This document shows positions 10,183-17,671 of a stretch of DNA of 64,000 bases, one piece after another. The stretch's first letter is position 1. Every line of letters starts with the position of its first letter. The notes under the pieces were generated by a model. That model saw only the letters and a list, made by a program, of their open reading frames with translations. It was not told the origin of the DNA and did not search any database. The position numbers and the translations under genes were made by a program. This stretch comes from Candidatus Omnitrophota bacterium (GTDB lineage: Bacteria; Omnitrophota; Gorgyraeia; Velamenicoccales; JABMQK01), in NCBI GenBank assembly GCA_028711115.1, contig JAQTSV010000001.1:518032-582031 (forward strand). The letters are read 5' to 3'.

Positions 10183-10428
10183 ATGTATTACGTTTATATT
10201 TTACAAAGCGAAAAAGACGGTAGTTTGTATGTAGGATCGACAAAAAATCTTATTGAAAGACTGCGTATTCATAACGCCGGGCATAACCGTTCTACTAAAA
10301 GCAGGATTCCTTGGAAGCTTATTGAGTGTGAAGACTATAGTAATTTTTCTCTTGCTCTAAAACGAGAGAAGTTTTTAAAGACTGGTGATGGCAGGAGGGT
10401 TTTAAAGAACCTTTTGAAGTTTAATTGA
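10183..10428 (+). CDS. Small GIY-YIG (URI-domain) nuclease family protein
   Basis: YVYILQSEKDGSLYVGSTKNLIERLRIHN matches the GIY..YIG..R..H signature of stand-alone COG2827-type GIY-YIG proteins. 81 aa. Confidence 0.8.
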   Translation: MYYVYILQSEKDGSLYVGSTKNLIERLRIHNAGHNRSTKSRIPWKLIECEDYSNFSLALKREKFLKTGDGRRVLKNLLKFN

Positions 10429-10436
10429 AATAGCAT

Positions 10437-10512
10437 GGTGGGTGTAGCTCAACTTGGTTAGAGCACTTGACTGTGGCTCAAGTGGCTGCGGGTTCAAATC
10501 CCGTCACCCACC
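10437..10512 (+). tRNA. tRNA-His (anticodon GTG) with encoded G-1
   Basis: G(-1)+GTGGGTG/CACCCAC acceptor with discriminator C, CTTGA-CTGTGGC-TCAAG anticodon arm, GCGGG-TTCAAAT-CCCGT T-arm. Confidence 0.9.
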
Positions 10513-10587
10513 CTTTTAAAATTTTAATGTAAAATTTGAAAGATACTTTAAGTGCTGCCTGAATTAATCCAAGTAGCATGGAAAGTA

Positions 10588-10679
10588 GGGCCTCAAATAA
10601 AATAAACCCGTAACAATCCGTTATGGGTTTATTATTTGTTTAAACTACATATGGAGAAAACGTCCACCTATCGAATATT
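10588..10679 (+). repeat. Copy 1 of a roughly 90-nt structured intergenic repeat (terminator hairpin plus a second small hairpin)
   Basis: Aligns with 29947-30036 at about three quarters identity by eye: GCCTCAAATAA..AAACCCGTA..TA(T/C)GGGTTT..TTATTTG.TTAA..TGG.GAA..GTCC.CCT..CGAATATT. Confidence 0.6.
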
Positions 10680-10717
10680 GCCGCTGGTTTTTATAGAAAT
10701 ATTTTAAAATAAAAAAC

Positions 10718-10769
10718 TTGACAAGAAAGGGTTAGTGCTGTATATTTAAAAATGGAAATCATTTTCATT
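10718..10769 (+). promoter_or_regulatory. sigma70-like promoter plus a 19-bp inverted repeat (candidate Fur-family operator) upstream of the fur-like gene
   Basis: TTGACA (10718) - 17 nt - TATATT (10741), then AATGGAAA-TCA-TTTTCATT (10751-10769, 7/8 arm complementarity). The half-site AATGGAAA recurs at 11276-11283, upstream of the next gene. Confidence 0.5.
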
Positions 10770-10779
10770 AAGGAGACAT

Positions 10780-11253
10780 ATGCCAAGAGGTAATTGCAGA
10801 GGGCAGGGTTGGTGGCATGGTAAATTCAGGGGTTGTGGCTATAGGCTTACACTAGGCCGCGAGGTAATACTTGATGTTTTATCTAAAGCCGAAGGTCACT
10901 TAAGCGCCGAAGATATCTATATGAAGATTCATCCCAGGTATCCTAACGTCGGACTGACTACTATTTATAGGACATTAGATGTTTTATCGGATCTGGGTAT
11001 GGTTTTCAAACTTGATTTCGGCGATGGTAGAGCGCGGTATGAGTTTGCTGAAGGCCCAAAGGGGGCGCATCACCATCACCATTTAGTTTGTACTGGCTGT
11101 AACAAGGTTATAGATTATACCGATTTTATAGATGACGAAGTCGAACTTCTTAACCAGACAGAGAAGGGTTTATCAAAAAAATACAATTTTAAAATTACTA
11201 ATCACCTTATTCAGTTTTACGGTTTATGTGAAAAATGCAGCGAGAAGAAATAA
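10780..11253 (+). CDS. Fur-family metalloregulator (Fur/Zur/PerR type)
   Basis: Winged-helix segment GLTTIYRTLDVLSDLGMV, His cluster HHHHHLVCTGC and C-terminal CEKC (two CxxC pairs). Confidence 0.85.
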   Translation: MPRGNCRGQGWWHGKFRGCGYRLTLGREVILDVLSKAEGHLSAEDIYMKIHPRYPNVGLTTIYRTLDVLSDLGMVFKLDFGDGRARYEFAEGPKGAHHHHHLVCTGCNKVIDYTDFIDDEVELLNQTEKGLSKKYNFKITNHLIQFYGLCEKCSEKK

Positions 11254-11316
11254 CCGTTATATTTTTTTATTTATTAATGGAAACGGTTCTCAGTAGCAAA
11301 AGGGGAGAAGAGTGTT

Positions 11317-11838
11317 GTGCCAGGATTTGACGGAACTGGTCCTATAGGTCAAGGGCCGCTTACTGGAAGAGGAATGGGTTATTGTATAGTTAAATTGGAT
11401 TCCGACAATTCTGATAATATAGAAAGTGAAAAGATGGGGAAGGAGGTGTTTGGTATGCCAGGAGGAGATGGAACCGGACCAATGGGTTTAGGTCCAATGA
11501 CAGGTAGGGCTGCAGGTTACTGCGCTGGTTATTCTATGCCTGGTTATATAAATCCGATTCCCGGAAGAGGTTATTTTGGTAGAGGAAGAGGGTTTTTTGG
11601 CCGAGGTGGTGGCAGAGGCCGGAGGAATTGGTATCATGCTACCGGTCTTACTGGTTGGCAGAGAGCTTCAATAGGTATGCCTGCTTTTGGCGGTGTATAT
11701 CCTTATGCGCCTGAAGTTACTCCAAAACAGGAAGCGGATATCTTAAGAAATGAAGCTGATGTTTTAAAGAAGCAGCTTGAAGATATCCAGGGTCGTATTG
11801 AGACTTTAGAAAAAGCCCAGGCAGGGAAGAGTGAGTAG
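11317..11838 (+). CDS. DUF5320-like protein with a duplicated PGxDGTGP motif, a Gly/Arg-rich centre and a C-terminal coiled coil
   Basis: MPGFDGTGPIGQGPLTGRGMGYC (aa 1-23) is repeated as MPGGDGTGPMGLGPMTGRAAGYC (aa 47-69). GRGYFGRGRGFFGRGGGRGRR tract. GTG start with RBS GGGGAG. Confidence 0.6.
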   Translation: MPGFDGTGPIGQGPLTGRGMGYCIVKLDSDNSDNIESEKMGKEVFGMPGGDGTGPMGLGPMTGRAAGYCAGYSMPGYINPIPGRGYFGRGRGFFGRGGGRGRRNWYHATGLTGWQRASIGMPAFGGVYPYAPEVTPKQEADILRNEADVLKKQLEDIQGRIETLEKAQAGKSE

Positions 11839-11848
11839 TTGCTATAGT

Positions 11849-11882
11849 GTGAGGGGATAGATTTTAATTTTTATCCCCTCAC
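11849..11882 (+). terminator. Strong hairpin (possible partial terminator/attenuator) between the DUF5320 gene and the nifX-like genes
   Basis: GTGAGGGGATA-(12 nt)-TATCCCCTCAC, 11-bp perfect stem followed by CTAATTTTATT. Confidence 0.45.
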
Positions 11883-11911
11883 CTAATTTTATTAGAAAAA
11901 AAGGAGTTGTT

Positions 11912-12328
11912 ATGCGTGTAGCTATATCTACAGATGGAAATCTTGTATCTGCTCATTTTGGCAGATGCCCTTCTTTTACTCTTATTGATATTGAAGGCGG
12001 CGAGGTAACTAAGAGGATAGAAATAGCAAATCCTGGCCATCAGCCGGGGGCTATACCACAGTTTTTACATCAAAAAGGTGTCAATTGCATAGTTGCCGGA
12101 GGAATGGGTATGCGGGCAACATCATTCTTTGAAGAATATGGTATTAAGACGATTGTGGGGGTCGGCGGAAAGATCGATGAAGTTATAGAACAGCTTAAAA
12201 AAGGTGTTTTAGAAGGCGGCGAAAGCCTTTGTAAGCCTGGAGCGGGTAAAGGTTATGGTTTAGAAAAAGAAGAATGCGATCATCCGCATAAAGAAGATTG
12301 TGACCATTCAGGAGGCGAGAATATATGA
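11912..12328 (+). CDS. NifX/NifB-C-terminal-type (dinitrogenase FeMo-cofactor-binding fold) protein
   Basis: MRVAISTDG..VSAHFGRCPSFTLIDIE and the GMGMRA motif are typical of the Nitro_FeMo-Co family. His/Cys/Asp-rich tail (ECDHPHKEDCDH). Confidence 0.7.
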   Translation: MRVAISTDGNLVSAHFGRCPSFTLIDIEGGEVTKRIEIANPGHQPGAIPQFLHQKGVNCIVAGGMGMRATSFFEEYGIKTIVGVGGKIDEVIEQLKKGVLEGGESLCKPGAGKGYGLEKEECDHPHKEDCDHSGGENI

Positions 12329-12702
12329 AAATATGCGTGACTTCAGAGGGTAGTAGTTTGGATTCTAATGTAGATCCCCGATTCGGCAGGTGCCAATATT
12401 TTATTATCGTCGATACTGATACTTTAGAATTTGAATCCATTGGAAATCCTAATATTGAATCTATGGGCGGTGCAGGAATTCAGTCAGCGCAATTAGTTGC
12501 TTCTAAAAAGATTAAAGTTGTAGTTACGGGTAATATTGGGCCCAATGCTTTTCAAACATTGCAAGCGGCAGGGATAGAAGTTTTTACCGGAGCTTCAGGC
12601 ACTGTTAAAGAGGCGGTTAATAAATATAAAAAAGGAGAATTTAAAGCAGTGTCTAACCCCACAGTGGGTTCAAAATCAGGCATACTGGGTAAAAATAAGT
12701 AG
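12325..12702 (+). CDS. NifX/NifB-C-terminal-type protein (paralog)
   Basis: MKICVTSEG..VDPRFGRCQYFIIVDTDT and the GNIGPNAFQTLQAAGIEV motif. ATGA overlap with the previous gene. Confidence 0.7.
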   Translation: MKICVTSEGSSLDSNVDPRFGRCQYFIIVDTDTLEFESIGNPNIESMGGAGIQSAQLVASKKIKVVVTGNIGPNAFQTLQAAGIEVFTGASGTVKEAVNKYKKGEFKAVSNPTVGSKSGILGKNK

Positions 12703-12714
12703 GAAGGAAGAGGT

Positions 12715-12882
12715 ATGGCAGTGAAAGTAGATAAAAAGGGATGCAATGGTTGTGGCATATACAAAGACACCCGCACTGTTAATATGATAAAGATAGAGAA
12801 TGATAAGGCCATTATCAGTGCTGATTCTATAGAATGCGAAGTTTGTGCAAATCAATGCCCGAATGAAGCAATTTCAATTTAG
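12715..12882 (+). CDS. 55-aa ferredoxin-like mini-protein (not in the supplied ORF track)
   Basis: My translation: MAVKVDKKGCNGCGIYKDTRTVNMIKIENDKAIISADSIECEVCANQCPNEAISI. Contains CxxC and CxxCxxxCP. RBS GGAAGGAAGAGG lies upstream. Confidence 0.55.
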   Translation: MAVKVDKKGCNGCGIYKDTRTVNMIKIENDKAIISADSIECEVCANQCPNEAISI

Positions 12883-12894
12883 GAGGTAATTAAT

Positions 12895-13119
12895 ATGCCA
12901 AGAGGAGATGGCACAGGTCCTTTAGGTCAAGGCCCAGGTACAGGCAGGAGGAGAGGTATGGGTAGAGGCCGTGGGAAAATGGGCGGCGGACGTATAGGAG
13001 TAGGGTCAACAGGAAATTGCGTTTGTCCGAGTTGTGGAGTTATAGTTGCGCATCAAGCAGGTATTCCCTGCGCTTCAATGGATTGCCCTAAATGCGGTAT
13101 GAGAATGGTAAGGGAGTAA
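12895..13119 (+). CDS. DUF5320-like N-terminus fused to a 4-Cys zinc-ribbon-like C-terminus
   Basis: MPRGDGTGPLGQGPGTGRRRGMGRGRG, then CVCPSCG..(18 aa)..CPKCG. RBS AGGAGG. Confidence 0.6.
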   Translation: MPRGDGTGPLGQGPGTGRRRGMGRGRGKMGGGRIGVGSTGNCVCPSCGVIVAHQAGIPCASMDCPKCGMRMVRE

Positions 13120-13740
13120 TTGGCTGCCTTGGATAAAGAAATATTAGAAAACCATAAAAAATATTTAGAGCGGAAAGCTCTATATAAAAGCCTCGGTTAT
13201 GATGTAGACAAGGAAAGAGATTTTGTCCTTGAGCAGGCAAAGCCTGTTTATGGAAAAATCCTTGAAGCCGGAACCGGCAAAGGGCATTTTGCGCTCGAGC
13301 TGGCAAAGGCCGGATACAATTTTACCACCTTTGATATTTCGGAAACCGAGCAGGCGTTTGCGAAGCTTAATTTTCGCTATTTTAATTTGTATAAACAGGT
13401 TGATTTCCGTATTGAAAACGGCGAGTCTTTAAGTTTTAAGGATAAAAGTTTCGACGTTATATTCTCGGTCAATACCCTGCACCATTTAACCAACCCCCAT
13501 AAAGTCATAGATGAGCTTTTGCGCGTACTTTCTTTGGGAGGCAAACTCGTCCTAAGCGACTTTACCAAAGAAGGCCTTGATTTAATGGATAAAATCCATG
13601 CCAACGAAGGCAACAAACACGAAGCCGGCAAAATCACATTATCCGATATAGAACGATATTTAATAGAAAAGGGATTTAAGGTCGATAAAATGAACAGTAA
13701 ATTCCAGGGACTTTTGATAGCGCATCAGCAATCAATATGA
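13120..13740 (+). CDS. Class I SAM-dependent methyltransferase
   Basis: Motif I ILEAGTGKGHFA and post-I/II pattern FDVIFSVNTLHH. TTG start abuts the previous stop. Confidence 0.75.
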   Translation: MAALDKEILENHKKYLERKALYKSLGYDVDKERDFVLEQAKPVYGKILEAGTGKGHFALELAKAGYNFTTFDISETEQAFAKLNFRYFNLYKQVDFRIENGESLSFKDKSFDVIFSVNTLHHLTNPHKVIDELLRVLSLGGKLVLSDFTKEGLDLMDKIHANEGNKHEAGKITLSDIERYLIEKGFKVDKMNSKFQGLLIAHQQSI

Positions 13741-14588
13741 TTATTTCGGTTGCCAGTGGTAAAGGCGGAACAGGAAAAACAACGGTCGCGGTTAATTTGG
13801 CGCTGTCGCTTAACAATGTCCAGTTTCTTGATTGTGATGTTGAAGAGCCTAACGCGCATATTTTCTTAAAGCCGCAGATAAAAAAACAAAACAAGGCATT
13901 TATTCCCGTTCCTGAAATTGACGAATCAAAATGTAATTATTGCGGAAAGTGTGCCAAGGTTTGTGTTTACAATGCCATAGCAGTGCTGCCGGGGCAGGAC
14001 GGTAAAAAAGGAAGTAATTTAATATTCGCGCATTTGTGCCACGGCTGCGGCGCCTGCAGCGCCCTTTGCCCCCAAGGCGCAATAAAAGAAGTAAATAGAG
14101 AAATCGGCATAGTCGAATCAGGCAACTGCGGGAAAATAGAATTTGTCCATGGCAAACTCAATATCGGTGAAGCGATGTCTCCGCCTGTTATCCGCCAGGT
14201 CAAAGAGCATATCAATTCCAATAAAACTGTAATCATCGATGCCCCTCCAGGCACATCTTGCCCGGTAGTCGCTTCAGTTAAAGGAAGTGATTTTTGCGTA
14301 TTAGTGACTGAGCCCACACCTTTTGGTTTAAATGATTTGATTTTAGCGGTAGAAGTATTAGGAAAATTAAAAATTCCTTTTGGAGTGGTAATTAACCGCT
14401 CAGATTTAGGAAATAATAAAACCGAGGGATACTGCAAGCAGGAAAATATTTTAGTATTGATGAGAATACCATTTAAAAAAGAAATTGCCATGGCTTATTC
14501 AAAGGGAGAACCTATGGTTAAAGTATTCCCCGAGTATAAAAAAGATTTTGTGACATTATACAAACGGATTATAGAGAAGAAAAGATGA
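13737..14588 (+). CDS. MinD/Mrp-like P-loop ATPase with an inserted 2x[4Fe-4S] ferredoxin domain
   Basis: Deviant Walker A SGKGGTGKTT. CNYCGKCAKVC and CHGCGACSALCP motifs. ATGA overlap on both sides. Confidence 0.8.
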   Translation: MIISVASGKGGTGKTTVAVNLALSLNNVQFLDCDVEEPNAHIFLKPQIKKQNKAFIPVPEIDESKCNYCGKCAKVCVYNAIAVLPGQDGKKGSNLIFAHLCHGCGACSALCPQGAIKEVNREIGIVESGNCGKIEFVHGKLNIGEAMSPPVIRQVKEHINSNKTVIIDAPPGTSCPVVASVKGSDFCVLVTEPTPFGLNDLILAVEVLGKLKIPFGVVINRSDLGNNKTEGYCKQENILVLMRIPFKKEIAMAYSKGEPMVKVFPEYKKDFVTLYKRIIEKKR

Positions 14589-15436
14589 AGCAAATTGTAG
14601 TTATTAGCGGAAAAGGCGGGACGGGAAAGACCGTAATCACGGGGGCATTCGCCGCTTTAGCGAAAAATAAAGTTATGGCTGATTGCGATGTGGACGCAGC
14701 GGATTTGCATTTATTGTTGCAGCCAAAAATTAAGGAACGACATGACTTTAGAAGCGGTTTAAGCGCAGTAGTAGACAAAAAGATATGCCAGCAATGCGGT
14801 AAGTGTATCGCCGTATGCCGTTTTAATGCCATAAGCGACAGTTTTGTTATCGACCCTGTGTCTTGCGAAGGATGCGCTTTTTGCAGTCATATCTGCCCGG
14901 TTGGCGCTATTAGGATGGAAGAGAATCTTGCAGGAGAGTGGTTTATTTCCGAGACGCGCTTTGGGCCTATGGTGCACGCAAAGCTTGGCATTGCGGAAGA
15001 AAATTCGGGCAAATTAGTGTCTTTAGTAAGGAAACAGGCAAAAGAATTGGCAGAGAAGAATAATTGCGATTGGGTTATTATTGACGGCGCTCCGGGCATA
15101 GGTTGTCCGGTTATTGCTTCACTTTCCGGCATAGATTGCGCGGTAGTGGTAACTGAACCTACATTATCCGGTCTGCATGATGCGTTAAGGGTTATAGAAG
15201 TGACCAAACATTTTAACGTTTTCTCGCAGCTCGTAATTAATAAATATGATTTAAACCCGGATATGTCAGAAAAAATAGAAGAACATTGCGCAAAAAACAG
15301 GATTTCATTAATCGGCAAAGTCAGGTTTGATAAAACGGTGGTAGAAGCCATGGTTAGAGGTAAGACTATTATGGAATATAAGGATACGGCAGTTAAAGAT
15401 GAGATTTGCAGAATTTGGGAAAAACTACAAGTTTAA
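14585..15436 (+). CDS. MinD/Mrp-like P-loop ATPase with an inserted ferredoxin domain (paralog)
   Basis: SGKGGTGKTV, CQQCGKCIAVC and CEGCAFCSHICP motifs. Confidence 0.8.
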   Translation: MKQIVVISGKGGTGKTVITGAFAALAKNKVMADCDVDAADLHLLLQPKIKERHDFRSGLSAVVDKKICQQCGKCIAVCRFNAISDSFVIDPVSCEGCAFCSHICPVGAIRMEENLAGEWFISETRFGPMVHAKLGIAEENSGKLVSLVRKQAKELAEKNNCDWVIIDGAPGIGCPVIASLSGIDCAVVVTEPTLSGLHDALRVIEVTKHFNVFSQLVINKYDLNPDMSEKIEEHCAKNRISLIGKVRFDKTVVEAMVRGKTIMEYKDTAVKDEICRIWEKLQV

Positions 15437-15439
15437 AAT

Positions 15440-16438
15440 ATGGATTCTATGGATAGGCGGGATATCCACGTATTAAAATATTTTTCATCGTTTGTGAGTG
15501 TATCTTGCGGGAAGGTTATCAATATTACCGAGCCAACGCTTACTTTTTGCCCATTGGCAAAACATTTATATAAAGATTTTAGCGGTGTGCGAGGCAATGA
15601 TAAAAAAGCTATCAAGAACGCTATAAAAAGCGCGATTGAGTCAAAGATAAAAAATTATGGTTTTTTCACTGATGAGAGAAAAATTTCATGCACAGATGTT
15701 TCAATACCATATGGTGCTTCGGAAATGCTTAGTTTCGCGTTAAGAAAAAAGGCGATTGATGCGGCAGTCGTAGTTTGCGAAGGCGCGGGGACAATTATTA
15801 CAGATACGCCGGAAGTTGTCCAAGGTATAGGCGCCCGAATGAATAGTCTATTATTAACATCGCCCATTAAAGGAATTATCAAAAAGCTGAAAGCTGCTGG
15901 TTGCCAGATAATATTTGAAAACGCGTTTATTGATCAGCCCTTGGGGGTCAAGGAAGCGATGGAAATAGGGTATAAGACTATTGCTGTTACTATAAGCGGT
16001 CGTTCGGCCAAGAATTTAGAGATATTGCGTTTATTAGGAAAAGAAAATGGCGTTAAAATAATTTCATTGGTGGTATGTACGACTGGTATAACAAAAGATA
16101 AAATTGCATTGATACGCGATTACGCTGATTTGGTTTGGAGCTGCGCTTCTTTCGATGTGCGCCGGACGATCGGGCCTTTGGCTAAATGTCAACTTTCAAA
16201 ACAAATACCTGTTTTTGTTTTGACTAAAAAGGGAATGGATTTTGTTTCTGCCTACGCTGATGAGAGTGAATTAATCAAAAGTCTCGACACAAGAAAACAA
16301 TACCTTTTTTCAAACGAATTCAGCGGGCAATGTGTCCACTTGGGTAATTTTAAGACATTTATCAGCGAGTACAGGCTTCCGGTTAGCTCTAGGAAAGTAC
16401 CGAGTTTTAAAGATAAGAACGAACAGGTTTGTGTATAG
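15440..16438 (+). CDS. Conserved uncharacterised protein (possibly DUF2099 / methanogenesis-marker-8-like)
   Basis: Family assignment is from memory of general sequence character only (CPL near the N-terminus, VVCEGAGT segment). It is a long, unambiguous ORF inside the operon. Confidence 0.35.
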   Translation: MDSMDRRDIHVLKYFSSFVSVSCGKVINITEPTLTFCPLAKHLYKDFSGVRGNDKKAIKNAIKSAIESKIKNYGFFTDERKISCTDVSIPYGASEMLSFALRKKAIDAAVVVCEGAGTIITDTPEVVQGIGARMNSLLLTSPIKGIIKKLKAAGCQIIFENAFIDQPLGVKEAMEIGYKTIAVTISGRSAKNLEILRLLGKENGVKIISLVVCTTGITKDKIALIRDYADLVWSCASFDVRRTIGPLAKCQLSKQIPVFVLTKKGMDFVSAYADESELIKSLDTRKQYLFSNEFSGQCVHLGNFKTFISEYRLPVSSRKVPSFKDKNEQVCV

Positions 16439-16450
16439 AAAGGAAGTTTC

Positions 16451-16861
16451 GTGGGAGATGCTCAAATGGAAAATGGAAGTAATAAAGAAGAAGCCACTGG
16501 TTGCCCTGAAGAGGTTATAAATTCTTTAAACGATCCGAAGTTTTTCGGCAGAATGAACGATCCTACAAGTTCGGCATATTTAAAGGGTCCTTGCGGGGAT
16601 TCTATGGAGTTTTATTTGATAATAGAAGACGATAAGATTACAGATGTCAAATATTACACAGATGGATGCGGTGCCACAAGGGTATGTGCTGCTGTGGTTG
16701 CGCGTATGGCTTATGATAAAACAATCAATGAGGCATTGGCGATTTCTGCGGGAGAAGTGATTGCAAGATTGAAAGGTTTGCCGGAAGACCATTTACACTG
16801 TTCAATCCTGGCGGTAAGTACTTTATATCGTGCTATTGCAGATTATCTTTTGCAATTATAG
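16451..16861 (+). CDS. IscU/NifU N-terminal-type Fe-S scaffold protein
   Basis: GPCGDSMEFYL..I.DVKYYTDGCGA..and..HCSILA give the three conserved scaffold cysteines in canonical spacing. Confidence 0.75.
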   Translation: MGDAQMENGSNKEEATGCPEEVINSLNDPKFFGRMNDPTSSAYLKGPCGDSMEFYLIIEDDKITDVKYYTDGCGATRVCAAVVARMAYDKTINEALAISAGEVIARLKGLPEDHLHCSILAVSTLYRAIADYLLQL

Positions 16862-16881
16862 AAGGAGCCGTAGAAGTTATT

Positions 16882-17670
16882 ATGATTGAATATAAATATA
16901 TTTATGGCCCGGTACCTTCCTGGAGATTGGGAAGTTCTTTAGGTATAGACTTGCTTTCACAGAAAGAGAAAATTTGTAATTTTGATTGCGTTTATTGTCA
17001 GCTGGGGCCGACAAAAAAATATACTGTTGAAAGAAAGATTTATGTGCCGGTTGAAAAAGTTATTGAAGAATTAGGAAAATTACCCGGTACAAACATAGAT
17101 TATATTACTTTCTCTGGCAGAGGCGAGCCTACTTTAGCAGCCAATTTAGGAGAAGCGATAAAAGCAGTAAAATTATCCCGTAAAGAGCCGATTGCGGTTT
17201 TAACCAATAGTTCTTTAATGGAGCTGGATGAAGTAAGAAAAGAGCTTATTTGGGCGGATTTTGTCGTTGCCAAGTTAGATGCCTATTCTCCGGAATCCTT
17301 GCGGGAAATTAACCGTCCGGTTGAAGGAATAGAGTTCGGCAGTATTTTGGAAGGCATAAAAGCGTTTAAAAAAAATTACAAGGGGAAATTAGCTTTACAG
17401 ATAATGTTCATGGATAACAATAAAAATGACGTTAATAAATTTATTTACCTGGCAAATTATATCAAGCCGGATGAAATACAGCTTAATATCCCTTTAAGGT
17501 CGTGTGGCGTCAAGCCATTAGCAAGAGAAGAAATCGCCAAGATAAAAGATGGTTTCACTTCTGTTTGCAAGGGGGTTAATATGGTTTCTGTTTATGACGA
17601 AAGAAAAGAGAAAGATATTTTGTCAATAAGCGACGAAGATACACTGAAAAGAAGAGGAAAGGTAAAATGA
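16882..17670 (+). CDS. Radical SAM protein (function unknown)
   Basis: YGPVPSWRLGSSLGIDL followed by CNFDCVYCQ (CxxxCxxC). GEPT motif FSGRGEPT. Confidence 0.8.
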   Translation: MIEYKYIYGPVPSWRLGSSLGIDLLSQKEKICNFDCVYCQLGPTKKYTVERKIYVPVEKVIEELGKLPGTNIDYITFSGRGEPTLAANLGEAIKAVKLSRKEPIAVLTNSSLMELDEVRKELIWADFVVAKLDAYSPESLREINRPVEGIEFGSILEGIKAFKKNYKGKLALQIMFMDNNKNDVNKFIYLANYIKPDEIQLNIPLRSCGVKPLAREEIAKIKDGFTSVCKGVNMVSVYDERKEKDILSISDEDTLKRRGKVK

Positions 17671-17671
17671 G

